A stretch of DNA of 64,000 bases from an uncultured delta proteobacterium (GTDB lineage: Bacteria > Myxococcota_A > Polyangia > Polyangiales > Polyangiaceae): the NCBI GenBank assembly GCA_963806225.1, contig CAWDXG010000004.1, forward strand, positions 352,001 through 416,000, given 5' to 3'. The notes under the pieces were generated by a model. It ran no database searches. It saw only the letters and a program-made list of their open reading frames with translations, and was not told the origin of the DNA. The translations under genes were made by a program, and so were the position numbers. Shown piece by piece: positions 22,201-31,363 of this stretch; the stretch's first letter is position 1, and each line of letters opens with the position of its first letter.

Positions 22201-23821
22201 GTGGGCGGACGGGATAGAAGCCGGCGGCGAGCAGCGCGCGGAGCGGCTCGATCGAGAACAGCCGGTCCATCAGATCGGCGCGCACGGTGGCCAGCACGCG
22301 GATGGCCGGTGTCGAGCTTTCCGCCAGCGAAGCCAGCGCGCGTGCGAAGGCGTGCGCGGCCGACGGATCGGGCGCGAGCGTCGCCAGCTCCTCCAGCTGG
22401 TCGATCACCAGAAGCACGGCGGCCGGCGGCCGCAGCGAGCCCCTCAGCAGCTCGCCGAGGCGCGCGGGATCCGCGACCAGCGCCGCGTGGATCTTCTCGT
22501 CGGCAACGCCGGCGATCGGCGCAAGCGCCCGCGCCAGCGAGCGCAGCGGGTGCGAGCGCGGCTCGAGTACCGCGGTCCGGAACACCAGTCCGCCACCGAG
22601 CACGCCGTCCTCCACAGCTGGGGCTACGCCGGCCAGCGCCAGCGAGCTCTTGCCCGATCCGCTCGGGCCCACCAACACGACGGCGGCCCGCGCGCGCAAG
22701 CGCTCGGCCACCTCGGCGATCTCGCGATCCCGACCGAAAAACACGTCGCGCTCCGCCGCGGAAAACGGCGAGAGCCCCCGGTAGGGCCCGCTGCCCGGCA
22801 CGCGGCGCGGTCGCGCTGCGGCGTCGGCCGCGACCAGCGCCGCCACGAGCTCGTCCGCGCTGGCGAAGCGCTCTTCTGCACGCTTGGCGATCAGGCGGTC
22901 GATGATCGCCGCCAGCGGCTGCGGCAGATCCGGACGCGCAGCCAGTGCGCCCGGGAAGGGCGTGCTGGAAAAGACCTGCTCGCGCACGGCACCAAGGGTG
23001 AGCGTCTCGATCGGATGCCGGCCGGTGAAGGCGAAGTAGAAGCTGATTCCGAGCGCGTAGAGATCACTCGCCGGGGTAGCTTCGTGTCCGAGCCACAGCT
23101 CGGGGGCCATGTACAGCGGCGTGCCACCGGCCGCGTCGCTGACCAGCGCCGGATCGAGCGACAGCGAGCTCCGCGTCGTGCGAGCAGCGGTGGCCAGTCC
23201 GAAATCGATGAGCTTCAGACCACCGGGCTTTCCGCGGCTCTCCGAGGTCACGAACAGGTTGTCGGGCTTGACGTCCCGATGGCACAGCCCCGCGTCGTGG
23301 GCCGCGGAAAGTCCACGTGCTGCCTCGAGCATGAGCCGGAGCCCGCGCTCGAGCGGCAGCCTGCCGCCCTGGTCCTCGACGAAGGCGGCCAGCGATCGGC
23401 CCTCGAGGAACTCCATCGCCAGACAGGTGCGCCCCTGGACCTGGTAGGTCGCGAACACCTGCACCACGTTCGGATGCGAGAGCTGCGCCAGCACCCGCCC
23501 TTCCCGCTTGAACTGGCGCACGAGCTCCAGCTCGCTCGCGAGCTCCGCGCGCAGGAACTTCAAGAGCTCCCAGCGCCCGAAGGCCTCGTTGAAACCCTTG
23601 GCAACCAGCCCGATGCTGCCCTGCTCCGCCAGCACCTCGATCCGCGTGTAGGGGCCGAACGGCGGGGGTGCCCGGCGATCGCGCTCGCTCTCGACACCGG
23701 GCGGCGTGCTCATCGCCTGCGTGGCTTCGAGCGCCAGGGCGCCCGCCCGCGAGCGCAGCGTGGACTCGTCGAACGTCCACTCCGGCGGCGGATCGGTATC
23801 GTGGCGATCTTCGCCCATCAC
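19229..23821 (-). CDS. Ser/Thr kinase - STAND NTPase (nSTAND1-like) - TM - WD40 repeat protein
   Basis: HRDVKPDN, DFG, GTPLYMAPE; PYRGLSPF..FFGR; GPSGSGKSSL; LLVIDQLEEL; LVHEALVSGWP; TM segment; repeated VTAVALSPDG and DGGVRAW blades. Confidence 0.92.
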   Translation of the reverse strand: MMGEDRHDTDPPPEWTFDESTLRSRAGALALEATQAMSTPPGVESERDRRAPPPFGPYTRIEVLAEQGSIGLVAKGFNEAFGRWELLKFLRAELASELELVRQFKREGRVLAQLSHPNVVQVFATYQVQGRTCLAMEFLEGRSLAAFVEDQGGRLPLERGLRLMLEAARGLSAAHDAGLCHRDVKPDNLFVTSESRGKPGGLKLIDFGLATAARTTRSSLSLDPALVSDAAGGTPLYMAPELWLGHEATPASDLYALGISFYFAFTGRHPIETLTLGAVREQVFSSTPFPGALAARPDLPQPLAAIIDRLIAKRAEERFASADELVAALVAADAAARPRRVPGSGPYRGLSPFSAAERDVFFGRDREIAEVAERLRARAAVVLVGPSGSGKSSLALAGVAPAVEDGVLGGGLVFRTAVLEPRSHPLRSLARALAPIAGVADEKIHAALVADPARLGELLRGSLRPPAAVLLVIDQLEELATLAPDPSAAHAFARALASLAESSTPAIRVLATVRADLMDRLFSIEPLRALLAAGFYPVRPLLGEALEHALVEPARAAGFELEDPSIAGTIASDVARTAAGLPLMSFAMAAWWEARDTQRRLLPSAAWQELGGLAGALARHADSVLSGMGPEERKAAQQILVRLVTADGARAVVPRATLEDPAVGGSAGARALGRLLSEKLVVESAGEVELVHEALVSGWPALAALLALSGEDHAVRERMAAGAREWEAQGRPDGALWDGEQAARLLAWFERTEAPLGQKELSFVEAVRRRAQRRRFLLRSLLVAGALLVLVLALVTKASERRLAAELDHTRTQADRAHQSSVRRTRELLKRVATLDADRDPAKALAAALESRELGPDTDLDPIAWQARLAGVPEVLPRNTDGSALIGWSPDAAKVATASPAAGLRLLDVGGPGRRVLHWPAGFGKSPTALAFAADSLRVALGDRAGSIVVMKTSGGLSKRFQCSGPVRRLVWKEDDSLLAGCGPPAALELSVFGGADGRRVLASRLRAFSLDKGGARAALVGADGGLGVLDTDDASRTSLESGDADVTAVALSPDGSTLLAGDARGRVARVVLATHGPRPEWHDTSSSTSWQVLEASPDGERWLGIDVEQHAVLWSAGLEPVSRLFVKSALHAWIPSRRTLAVAVRHDAVRLLSEDTGTVVGRLAGATKPLGHLAADRDGHWLVASSRDGGVRAWPLDEASARVVRGPAPAGTRCNAASDGSAVACLDAHALAAEPTGGDRRAGATSVDLPPGARPPAAGKLPFAIGPRAAAAAWQLPGGNLARVYGGSASVVHGVPVTDLRLAYGRSGSPLALAGDRDGRHVLLLARTQTEPPGQVSALPAPVTALGFSHDDAHLAVGDRAGAVRLVDVPDARMGAPIIVAPGQAISAVALSQDGTTLAVATPSGQVLVHPLSGKTSRSVYTAASAVRCLVWSVGGRGLVVGTAGGRVWLVDTAGSRVLSLLAAPSAIDACVRTPGEDRYTFVTADGMVWQRQLELDPIWMIDKPADALDPHAAALDHWKGLGRSARSP

Positions 23822-23857
23822 GCAGAAGGTACACGATGCGGCGGCGCGGAGCCGGCT

Positions 23858-24634
23858 CTACCAGGATGCCGGCGAAAGCGACGGCGGAACCTCGTAGGTC
23901 GTGGCTACGCCGCTACAGGCCCAGCCGCGCCCCCGGTGCGCACAGCGCACCTCGGCCACGTCCGTCGCTCCCATGCGCCCGGCTGCGATGCGGACTCCGT
24001 CGTGCACGGCCTCACGCGAGCAGCCGTGATGGCAACGCACCGCGACGGAGCCGAGACGCACCTGTCCGGCCGGAAACAGGCCGACCTCGCGCACGAGATC
24101 ACCGCGGCGCGGGGAGCGGCGGGGCATGTCCCGCGCGGGCGTGAAGTCGACCCGGATGCGCCAGGCCTCGGCGGCGGATGTCCCGGCCGCCCGGGCGCGC
24201 TGCCGCTCCGGAGGACGGCTCTCCAGTGTGTCGTCGTCCGGCCGGGCCACCTCCGCCCGGCAGCTCACGCGCACACGCCGCGCACCTGCCTCCGGTGATA
24301 GCTCCTGCGAGTAGCAGAGGCGCCCGACCAGGAGCTCGCCGCCTGCTGCCGCCACGCGCTCGCGGAGCACCGTGACGAGCCGCGTCACCGAGCAGTCGAC
24401 GTTGCTCAGCCACTCGCCGTGGATGCGGCGCTGGCCCTCGGTCAGCGTGCAGTACGCATCGACCGTGCCCAGGGAGGCGTAGCCCAGCGGCAGCGCGTTT
24501 TCCTCCTCGATCTGGTCGGCAGCGGCGAGCGCCGGCTCGGACGCGCCGTGGAAACGCGTCGCCGCACGCAGCCCAGAGCCGCAACCGACCGCCAGAGCCG
24601 CCGGCAACGCCAAGAGCAGGAACGCGCTTCGCAT
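23858..24634 (-). CDS. Hypothetical lipoprotein
   Basis: MRSAFLLLALPAALAVGC lipobox; two similar halves (LGTVDAYC..AAAGGELLVG and LGSVAVRC..AGRMGATDV). Confidence 0.7.
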   Translation of the reverse strand: MRSAFLLLALPAALAVGCGSGLRAATRFHGASEPALAAADQIEEENALPLGYASLGTVDAYCTLTEGQRRIHGEWLSNVDCSVTRLVTVLRERVAAAGGELLVGRLCYSQELSPEAGARRVRVSCRAEVARPDDDTLESRPPERQRARAAGTSAAEAWRIRVDFTPARDMPRRSPRRGDLVREVGLFPAGQVRLGSVAVRCHHGCSREAVHDGVRIAAGRMGATDVAEVRCAHRGRGWACSGVATTYEVPPSLSPASW

Positions 24635-24722
24635 GACGGCAGAGCATTTCAGAGCCGGGCCTGCCGCGCAAGCGCGGGGCGCCGACTTGCCGCGGGCCCG
24701 ATCTGCCTGCACGCTTGCGTTC

Positions 24723-25664
24723 GTGGCGACGCAGGCATGGCCGGCGTACCTTGCTCTCGGCCCCGGGGAGATCCGGCGCCGGGCTGCCGAGGCGGTCGCG
24801 GCGCTTGGCCGCTGCGAGCTCTGCCCGCGCAACTGCGGCGTCGATCGCCTCGAGAACCTGGCACGCGTCTGCGCGACGGGCCGCTACGCACGGGTCGGCA
24901 CCTGGTTTCCGCATTTCGGCGAGGAGGACTGCCTGCGCGGCACCCGCGGTTCGGGCACGATCTTCTTCTCCTTCTGCAACCTGAAGTGCGTGTTCTGCCA
25001 GAACCACGACACGTCACAGGCAGGGCATGGGCGCGAGCTCCGCCCCCCGGATCTCGCCTCGGCCATGCTCGAGCTGCAGAGCAAGGGCTGTCACAACATC
25101 AACCTGGTCACACCCGAGCACGTCGTCCCGCAGATCCTCGAAGCGCTGGCGATCGCGATCGAGCGCGGGCTCGGCCTGCCCATCGTCTACAACACCAGCA
25201 GCTACGACTCGATGGAGTCGCTTCGCTGGATGGACGGCATCGTCGACATCTACATGCCGGACTTCAAGGTCTGGACCCGCGCCAGCGCCATCCGCTACCT
25301 CAAGGCCAAGGACTATCCCGAGGTCGCGCGGCGCATCATCAGCGAGATGCACCGTCAGGTCGGCGCGCTCGAGCTCGACGAACGCGGCATGGCACGGCGC
25401 GGCGTGTTGGTGCGGCACCTGGTAATGCCAGGGCTGGTCGAAGAATCGGCGGCGATATTCCGCTTTCTCGCGGAGGACGTGTCGCCGGACACCTACGTGA
25501 ATGTGATGGGTCAATATCGTCCGGAGTACCGCGCCGGCGACTACCCCGGGATCGACCGCCGACCCTCGGCTGCCGAGATGGAGCAGGCGCGTCGACTCGC
25601 TCGTGAGGCCGGGCTCCGCCGCCTCGACGAGCGCGCTCCGGGTGGACTCGTCGTGTACCTCTGA
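24723..25664 (+). CDS. pflX: Radical SAM protein, PflX-like
   Basis: CELCPRNC; HFGEEDCLRGTRGSGTIFF; CNLKCVFC radical SAM motif; GCHNINLVTP; LVRHLVMPG; NVMGQYRP. Start placed at GTG 24723. Confidence 0.88.
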   Translation: MATQAWPAYLALGPGEIRRRAAEAVAALGRCELCPRNCGVDRLENLARVCATGRYARVGTWFPHFGEEDCLRGTRGSGTIFFSFCNLKCVFCQNHDTSQAGHGRELRPPDLASAMLELQSKGCHNINLVTPEHVVPQILEALAIAIERGLGLPIVYNTSSYDSMESLRWMDGIVDIYMPDFKVWTRASAIRYLKAKDYPEVARRIISEMHRQVGALELDERGMARRGVLVRHLVMPGLVEESAAIFRFLAEDVSPDTYVNVMGQYRPEYRAGDYPGIDRRPSAAEMEQARRLAREAGLRRLDERAPGGLVVYL

Positions 25665-25761
25665 AAAGACAACGGCGCCGGACCACCGACCCCTCGCCGC
25701 GGGAAAAACCCGCCGCGCAAGGTGTCGACGTTCCGACGCCGTTGGCTATGGATCAGCTCGA

Positions 25762-26085
25762 TCAGGCGCCTGCGTCGGAGCCGCCCATGCTGCCACCAGC
25801 ACCGCCCATGGCGCCGCCGGTTCCACCGGCACCGCCCATGGCGCCGCCGGTTCCACCAGCACCGCCCATGGCGCCGCCGGTGCCGCCGGTGCTGCCGCCG
25901 GTGCCGCCGGTGCTGCCGCCAGTGCCGCCCGTGCTGCCGCCGGTGCCGCCGGTGCTGCCGCCGGTCCCGCCGGTGGCGCCGGCACTGCCTCCGGTACCAC
26001 CGCCATTGTCGTTGCTGCTACAGCCCACCAGGGCCCCAGCGCTCGCCAAGGCGAGAATCGCCAGAAGGCTTGTCACTCTCTTCAT
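25762..26085 (-). CDS. Small Gly/Thr/Ser-rich lipoprotein
   Basis: MKRVTSLLAILALASAGALVGC lipobox; GGTGGST and GGAMGGAGGT repeats; GGAGG upstream. Confidence 0.75.
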   Translation of the reverse strand: MKRVTSLLAILALASAGALVGCSSNDNGGGTGGSAGATGGTGGSTGGTGGSTGGTGGSTGGTGGSTGGTGGAMGGAGGTGGAMGGAGGTGGAMGGAGGSMGGSDAGA

Positions 26086-26362
26086 CCGAACTTCCTCCAG
26101 TCAAACCGTAAGAAACACACGTGGAGCGGAACGCCCAACACGCCGCGAGTACCTAGAAGCACGACTCGTACCACGCGCCCCGAGGCTAGCGCGTCATGGC
26201 CAACATGGGGAATTTTGGTGGAGATTGTTGTTGGCCTCGGGCCGATCCGGGCAAGTGCGCCGCGGGGGACCCTGATCCGTCTGTCGCGGGTAGGGCTCCG
26301 CAATGCAACGGAAACTCCGTGTCGGCCGGCCAGATGGCCTGTTCCGATGGGAAAGGCACCCC

Positions 26363-27031
26363 CTAGCGATGGGAGCTGCCGCGCCGCGCATCCCCCGCCT
26401 GCTCGGCGATCCGGCGCAGGCTGTCGGCAAGATCCCGATCCGGGCCTGGGCTCGACGGACTGCGGGGCGTACGCGCGCCCGGCGAGCGCGGACGCGAAGA
26501 GCGGCGACCCGCGCCGCGGCCAGATCCGCTTCGCCCCCGGCCGCGCCAGCGCCGGACCAGATCCCCCACAAGACGCCACGCCTGCGCGCCATCGAGCGGA
26601 GGGAACGGCAGCAGATTGAGCCCGATGATGAAGAGGTTGGCCGTGGTGAACACCGCGACGAGCTGCGCCAGCATCCACGAGCGGGGCGGCCCCGTCACGA
26701 ACGCGACTCCGAGCGTGAGGACGAAGAGCAGCGCCTGCGCCAGCACGCCGCCCCATGCGATCACGGACCGTTCGTGACGCGTGGTGCTGCCCGCGAAGCG
26801 CGTCAGCCCACCGAAACCAGTGATGTCGATCGCCAGTACGTGAAGGCGGTAGCGCCGCGCCAGCACGGCGTGCCCCAGCTCGTGCACCAGCACGACGACG
26901 AAGAATCCGACCCAGAAGGCGGGTGCGAACGAGAAGCCGCTGAACAGCAGCGCACCGAGAGGCATCGTCCAGTGGATGCGCAGCGGAATACCGCGGATGC
27001 GGCCTATCTGCAGGTAGCCTCGCTCGAACAT
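26363..27031 (-). CDS. Site-2 protease (peptidase M50)
   Basis: GIPLRIHW; HELGH zinc motif; NLLPFPPLDG. Confidence 0.9.
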   Translation of the reverse strand: MFERGYLQIGRIRGIPLRIHWTMPLGALLFSGFSFAPAFWVGFFVVVLVHELGHAVLARRYRLHVLAIDITGFGGLTRFAGSTTRHERSVIAWGGVLAQALLFVLTLGVAFVTGPPRSWMLAQLVAVFTTANLFIIGLNLLPFPPLDGAQAWRLVGDLVRRWRGRGRSGSGRGAGRRSSRPRSPGARTPRSPSSPGPDRDLADSLRRIAEQAGDARRGSSHR

Positions 27032-27131
27032 GACGGTAGAGGACGCCGGGGGCGCTCGTATAGGGCAACATAAGCACGCCGGCATAGCGCGCCAGCCGTG
27101 CATCGCCGGGCAATGGCGATAGGATGCCCCG

Positions 27132-27413
27132 ATGAGCATGCTGCAGCACAGCGACAACGACGCGCTCGCGCGATGCGTGCACTGCGGCGCGTTGGCGGTC
27201 GGCCCGTGCGCGGAGTGCCACTCGCCGGTGTGCGGCGACTGCTGTGTGCTGACCGAGGGCGGCAGCCGCACCTGGGCGATCTGTGTTTCCTGCGAGAAGC
27301 GCTCCGGGCGCTCGCTCAGGAGCGGCTGGATGACGGTGATCGGCTGGATCGCGATCCCGATCCTGCTGCTGCTCGGGGCGGTCGTGCTGCTGTCGCGGAT
27401 GGTCGCGCACTGA
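27132..27413 (+). CDS. Small zinc-finger membrane protein
   Basis: Four CxxC motifs (CVHC, CAEC, CGDC, CVSC) followed by a C-terminal TM helix. Confidence 0.7.
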   Translation: MSMLQHSDNDALARCVHCGALAVGPCAECHSPVCGDCCVLTEGGSRTWAICVSCEKRSGRSLRSGWMTVIGWIAIPILLLLGAVVLLSRMVAH

Positions 27414-27416
27414 CCG

Positions 27417-28661
27417 CTATTCGCCGCGCTTCTTCTGCATGCTGGGCGTGATCTTGTCGGGGGTGGCGACCGCCCGGCCGATGGCCTTGTGTCCGAACCG
27501 CGCCTGGATCGCATCGAGCGCAGGACCGAGGCGATCGCTCGACCGGGCGGCGTCGAACAACTCGAGCTGTTCGTGCTCGCGTGATTCGAGGCCGGACAGC
27601 GAGACGCCGAGCAAGCGCACCGGCTCCGTCACTGCAGCTGCGTCCCACAGGGCAACCGCGATATCGCGGATCATGGCGCCATCGTCGGTGGGTTCTGCCA
27701 GCGAGCGGCTACGCGTCAGCAGCGGATAGCGCGGCTCCTCGCCGCCGCCCGTCACGCGCGCGATGCGCGCTCCCCTCGCCCGGCCCAACTTGATCTTGAG
27801 CGTCACCGTCCGCCCGCGATAGCCGTCGCGCCGCACACGGCGCGCCACCGCCTCGGCATGCGCCGTCAGCGTCGCGGTCACCGTGTCGCGGGAGCGGACG
27901 TCCTGCTCGAACGTATTCTCCTCGCCGTAGGACTTCGGGACGCGCTCGCTCTCCACCGGTCGGCGGTCCTCCCCGCGCGCCATGCGCACGAGCTCCCAGG
28001 CCCGATCGCCGATGCTGCGCCCGAGCTGCTCAACGTCGTAGTCCGCAAGCTGGCGGAGGGTGCGGATGCCGAGCCGCTCCAGCCGCTCGCCCAGCACCGG
28101 CCCCACGCCCCACAGACGCCGCACCGGAAGCGGATCGAGCATCCAACGTACGGCTCCAGGTGGCACCAGCAGGAGACCGTCCGGCTTGCCGAGGGTGCAG
28201 GCAATCTTGGCAACGAGCTTCGACGGCGCCACACCGACCGACACAACCAGCCCCGTCACCTCGCGCACGCGGGCCTTGAGCCGGCGCGCCAGCGCGAGCG
28301 GACCGCCGAACAGGCGCACCGAGGCGCCGATATCGAGGAATGCCTCGTCCAGCGCGAGCGGCTCGATCGCCGGCGTGAACTCGGCAAACACCTCGTGCAC
28401 CTGGGCAGACACCTCCGAGTAGCGCGCCATGCGCGGCGGCAGGTACACGCCGTCGGGGCAGAGCTCCCGCGCCCGGAAGCCTGGCATGGCGCTCCGCACA
28501 CCGAACACACGCGCTTCGTACGAAGCGGCCGACACGACCCCGCGCGGCGATGTCGCCCCCACGATCACCGGCCGTCCGCGGAGCTCCGGATTGTCCCGTT
28601 GCTCGATGGAGGCGTAGAACGCGTCCATGTCGGCGTGCAGGATCCAGCGAGCCGGGCTCAC
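27417..28661 (-). CDS. dinB: DNA polymerase IV
   Basis: ILHADMDAFYASIEQ; SAASYEARVFGVRSAMP; IEPLALDEAFLD; KLVAKIA; KPDG; VRLLGV. Confidence 0.96.
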   Translation of the reverse strand: MSPARWILHADMDAFYASIEQRDNPELRGRPVIVGATSPRGVVSAASYEARVFGVRSAMPGFRARELCPDGVYLPPRMARYSEVSAQVHEVFAEFTPAIEPLALDEAFLDIGASVRLFGGPLALARRLKARVREVTGLVVSVGVAPSKLVAKIACTLGKPDGLLLVPPGAVRWMLDPLPVRRLWGVGPVLGERLERLGIRTLRQLADYDVEQLGRSIGDRAWELVRMARGEDRRPVESERVPKSYGEENTFEQDVRSRDTVTATLTAHAEAVARRVRRDGYRGRTVTLKIKLGRARGARIARVTGGGEEPRYPLLTRSRSLAEPTDDGAMIRDIAVALWDAAAVTEPVRLLGVSLSGLESREHEQLELFDAARSSDRLGPALDAIQARFGHKAIGRAVATPDKITPSMQKKRGE

Positions 28662-28775
28662 CCGCGGACCGTACGCGTGCTCGCGCGCTCCTGCCACCCC
28701 GGAATCCAACCGGGCCGCGCGCTCCGCCCCTCGCTGCCGGTGCTGTTCCGCTACTCCAGCCGCGGCGGCAACCGA

Positions 28776-29444
28776 CTACACGGAGGACAGGGCCTTGCGG
28801 GCCAAAGCCAGACCGGCGCGCGCGCGCTCGATGCACGGCGGTACCTCTTCGTAGGCCTCGTCGGTGAGCGCACTCCAGGCCCGCGCGGTGTTGCGCTCCA
28901 TGCTGGCGAAGTGTCCAATCATCTCGGCGAAACGCGTCAGCCCCATGCCGGCAATCAGGTCCTCACGCTGGTCGATGAAGTCGGCCACATCCTGTTCGAT
29001 GATCTCGTCGAGCGCCTGGCGCAGCACATCGACGTGCTCACCGGGATTTCCTTCCGGCAGCTGGTCGAACTTGGCCGCGATGCGCATCAGGAGCACCGCG
29101 GGCGCCAGCGGATGTTCGCTCTTGACGTGCTCCGGCACCGGTTCGCCTTCGAGAATCAGATCGGCCGCCCCTTCCGGCTCGAAGCCCTCGTGTTCGGTAC
29201 CCGTCGGGGTCGGCCTGGGCGGCGGTGCGCCCGGCCGGCGCACCCGCGAGAGCAGACCCCCGGCAACGAGCAGCACCATTCCCACGGCGAACGGCGCGCC
29301 CGCGACGTGACTCCAGGCCGAGATACGGTCGCCGGAAGTCACTTCGCCACCGGGACCGGTACCCTGCGGGTGCACCGCGCGCGCGGCGTAGCAGGACGCC
29401 AGCAGCACGCCGATCACGAACAGGACCATTCCGAGCGCGCGCAT
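28776..29444 (-). CDS. Hypothetical membrane protein
   Basis: ATG overlaps the OPT gene stop (TGATG); two hydrophobic helices then a helical domain (ERNTARAWSALTD). Confidence 0.75.
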   Translation of the reverse strand: MRALGMVLFVIGVLLASCYAARAVHPQGTGPGGEVTSGDRISAWSHVAGAPFAVGMVLLVAGGLLSRVRRPGAPPPRPTPTGTEHEGFEPEGAADLILEGEPVPEHVKSEHPLAPAVLLMRIAAKFDQLPEGNPGEHVDVLRQALDEIIEQDVADFIDQREDLIAGMGLTRFAEMIGHFASMERNTARAWSALTDEAYEEVPPCIERARAGLALARKALSSV

Positions 29445-31285
29445 CAGCGACCTCCTGCCAGATCGATGAACGTGAGCGTGAGCGCCATGAGCGCTTCGCC
29501 GACGATCAGTCCCGCGGCGACCGGCACCACCACGTCTGCCACGTAGCGGTGCCCCTTGGACTTCTCGATGGCGATCGAAATCAGGCAGCCGATGCCGTAG
29601 CCGAGTGTGATCTCGAACGGCAGGTACATGGCCAGGCCGATCAGCACGCCAAGCCCGCCAATGGGTACCAGCGCCAGCCCAGCGCCGATGCCGGCGCCCG
29701 CGACGTACTTGTCGACTGGCGCGTGGCCGGACAGAACGCCCTTGATCATGCCCTCGAGCACGCCTGCCTGCGGCGCCGGAAGGCACTCGGGCAGCTTGTG
29801 GATGCAGGCGGCCGACTCCGGCCCGAAGCCGTTGGTGCCACCCGGCCCCGCCTTCCACAGGAGCAAAGTGGTGCCGATGGCGATCGCCGGCCCGATCCAC
29901 GCTACGCTGAACTGGGCTAGCTGCTGGCGTCGGGGAACGCCGCCGACAAGGTGCCCGGTCTTCAGATCGGTCATCATGTCGGCGCACTGGTTGGTGGCGA
30001 TGCAGACAGCGATGCCGATCGTGACGGCCAGAACGACGTTGCCGCTTGTGATCGCCAGCATCAGCGTGACGGCGATGAGCGCCAGCCCGCTGAGCGGCGA
30101 GATGTCCGTCGCGCCGGTGGCCTGCGCCACGATCAGGCCGGCCAGCGCGAGCCACAGCGAGCCCGCAACAGCGGCACTGATCGCCGTGCCGATGTGCAGA
30201 TGGCCCGTCGTGCCCATCGAGCCGACCATCGTCACGACCAGCAGCGCCACGAACGAGCCGCCCAGGCCGACCACCAGCACCTTGGGCGACAGCTCCTCCG
30301 ACTGCCCGCCGCCCTTGCGGGCGAGCTTGGCTGCGGCGGACAGGCTGGCGATAGCGCCCTTGATGGCGGGAAACGCCGCCACCACGCCCGCCAGCGCACC
30401 GCCGATCAGAATGCCGATACCGGTCGGCCTGAGCATGCTGCCGTAGACGGAGCTGACCAGCGCGTCGCCGGCCGCGTGCGGCGGGGCCCAGCCCTGCCAC
30501 ACCGCGAACGGCCCGATCACCCACCACGCCATCGCACCACCCAGCGCGAACGGCAGTCCGCCCCGCCCGGAGAGCAGCCCCGCGCCGATGTTCGCCATGC
30601 TGAGCGACACCGTGGTGCCGATCAGCAGCAGCGCCCACGGTCCCGTGTTGCCCACGTGCAGCGCGGACTTGATCCACGGACCGAGCGGCAGTGTCTCCGG
30701 AAGCCACTGGAAGTGGTGGTTGGTGGCGAGCGTCAAGAAGGCGCTGAACAGGAACCCGAGCCCCAGGTACTTCGCCTTCTTCGCGCCGGCGCCCGGGGCC
30801 TTCAGGATGGTCGCGACGGCGACGCCGCTTGGGAACTTCAGCCGCTCGATCTCGATCAGCTGCTTGCGCAGCGGAATGATGATCACGACCCCCATGAACG
30901 AGCCGGCCACGGCAGCCAGCAGGATCGTGTAGATGTTGTAGTGCAGGCCGAGCAGCAGTAGCGCCGGGAAGGTGAAGACCACGCCGGCGGAGGCGGTGTT
31001 CACGCCCGAGGCGATCGTCTGGTTGATGTTGTTCTCGACGATCGAGCCGCAGCCCTTGATCTTCAGGCCCTTGCGACCGACGCCCCGGAGCAGGGCGAAG
31101 CCGAGGATCGCCGCTACGGTGGAGCCCGCCAGGCCAAAACCGAGCTTGAGGCTGATGTACACGAAGGCCGCCGTCATCAGCGCGCCCTGGAGGATGCCCA
31201 GGACGACCGCGGCGACGGTGATCTCGCGGTAGCCCGAGCCGGCTCCGCCCGCCGAAGCGCCGGGGCTGTCTGCTGCCTGGGTCAT
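29444..31285 (-). CDS. OPT/YSL family oligopeptide transporter
   Basis: YISLKLG; ENNINQTIAS; LKFPSGVAVA; DMMTDLKTGHLVG; PAPQA; GLAMYLP; AGLIVGE. Confidence 0.93.
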   Translation of the reverse strand: MTQAADSPGASAGGAGSGYREITVAAVVLGILQGALMTAAFVYISLKLGFGLAGSTVAAILGFALLRGVGRKGLKIKGCGSIVENNINQTIASGVNTASAGVVFTFPALLLLGLHYNIYTILLAAVAGSFMGVVIIIPLRKQLIEIERLKFPSGVAVATILKAPGAGAKKAKYLGLGFLFSAFLTLATNHHFQWLPETLPLGPWIKSALHVGNTGPWALLLIGTTVSLSMANIGAGLLSGRGGLPFALGGAMAWWVIGPFAVWQGWAPPHAAGDALVSSVYGSMLRPTGIGILIGGALAGVVAAFPAIKGAIASLSAAAKLARKGGGQSEELSPKVLVVGLGGSFVALLVVTMVGSMGTTGHLHIGTAISAAVAGSLWLALAGLIVAQATGATDISPLSGLALIAVTLMLAITSGNVVLAVTIGIAVCIATNQCADMMTDLKTGHLVGGVPRRQQLAQFSVAWIGPAIAIGTTLLLWKAGPGGTNGFGPESAACIHKLPECLPAPQAGVLEGMIKGVLSGHAPVDKYVAGAGIGAGLALVPIGGLGVLIGLAMYLPFEITLGYGIGCLISIAIEKSKGHRYVADVVVPVAAGLIVGEALMALTLTFIDLAGGR

Positions 31286-31363
31286 GTGCGGGCACGGTTA
31301 ACGTGGTCGCCCCGATGGAGCAACAATGACTCTCGTCAAGTTACCGGCCCGACGGCCTTGGCG

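Noticed and set aside
24632..24635. Divergent genes sharing overlapping ATGs (CATG)
   Set aside because: The radical SAM similarity begins near GTG 24723, leaving an ordinary divergent intergenic gap.
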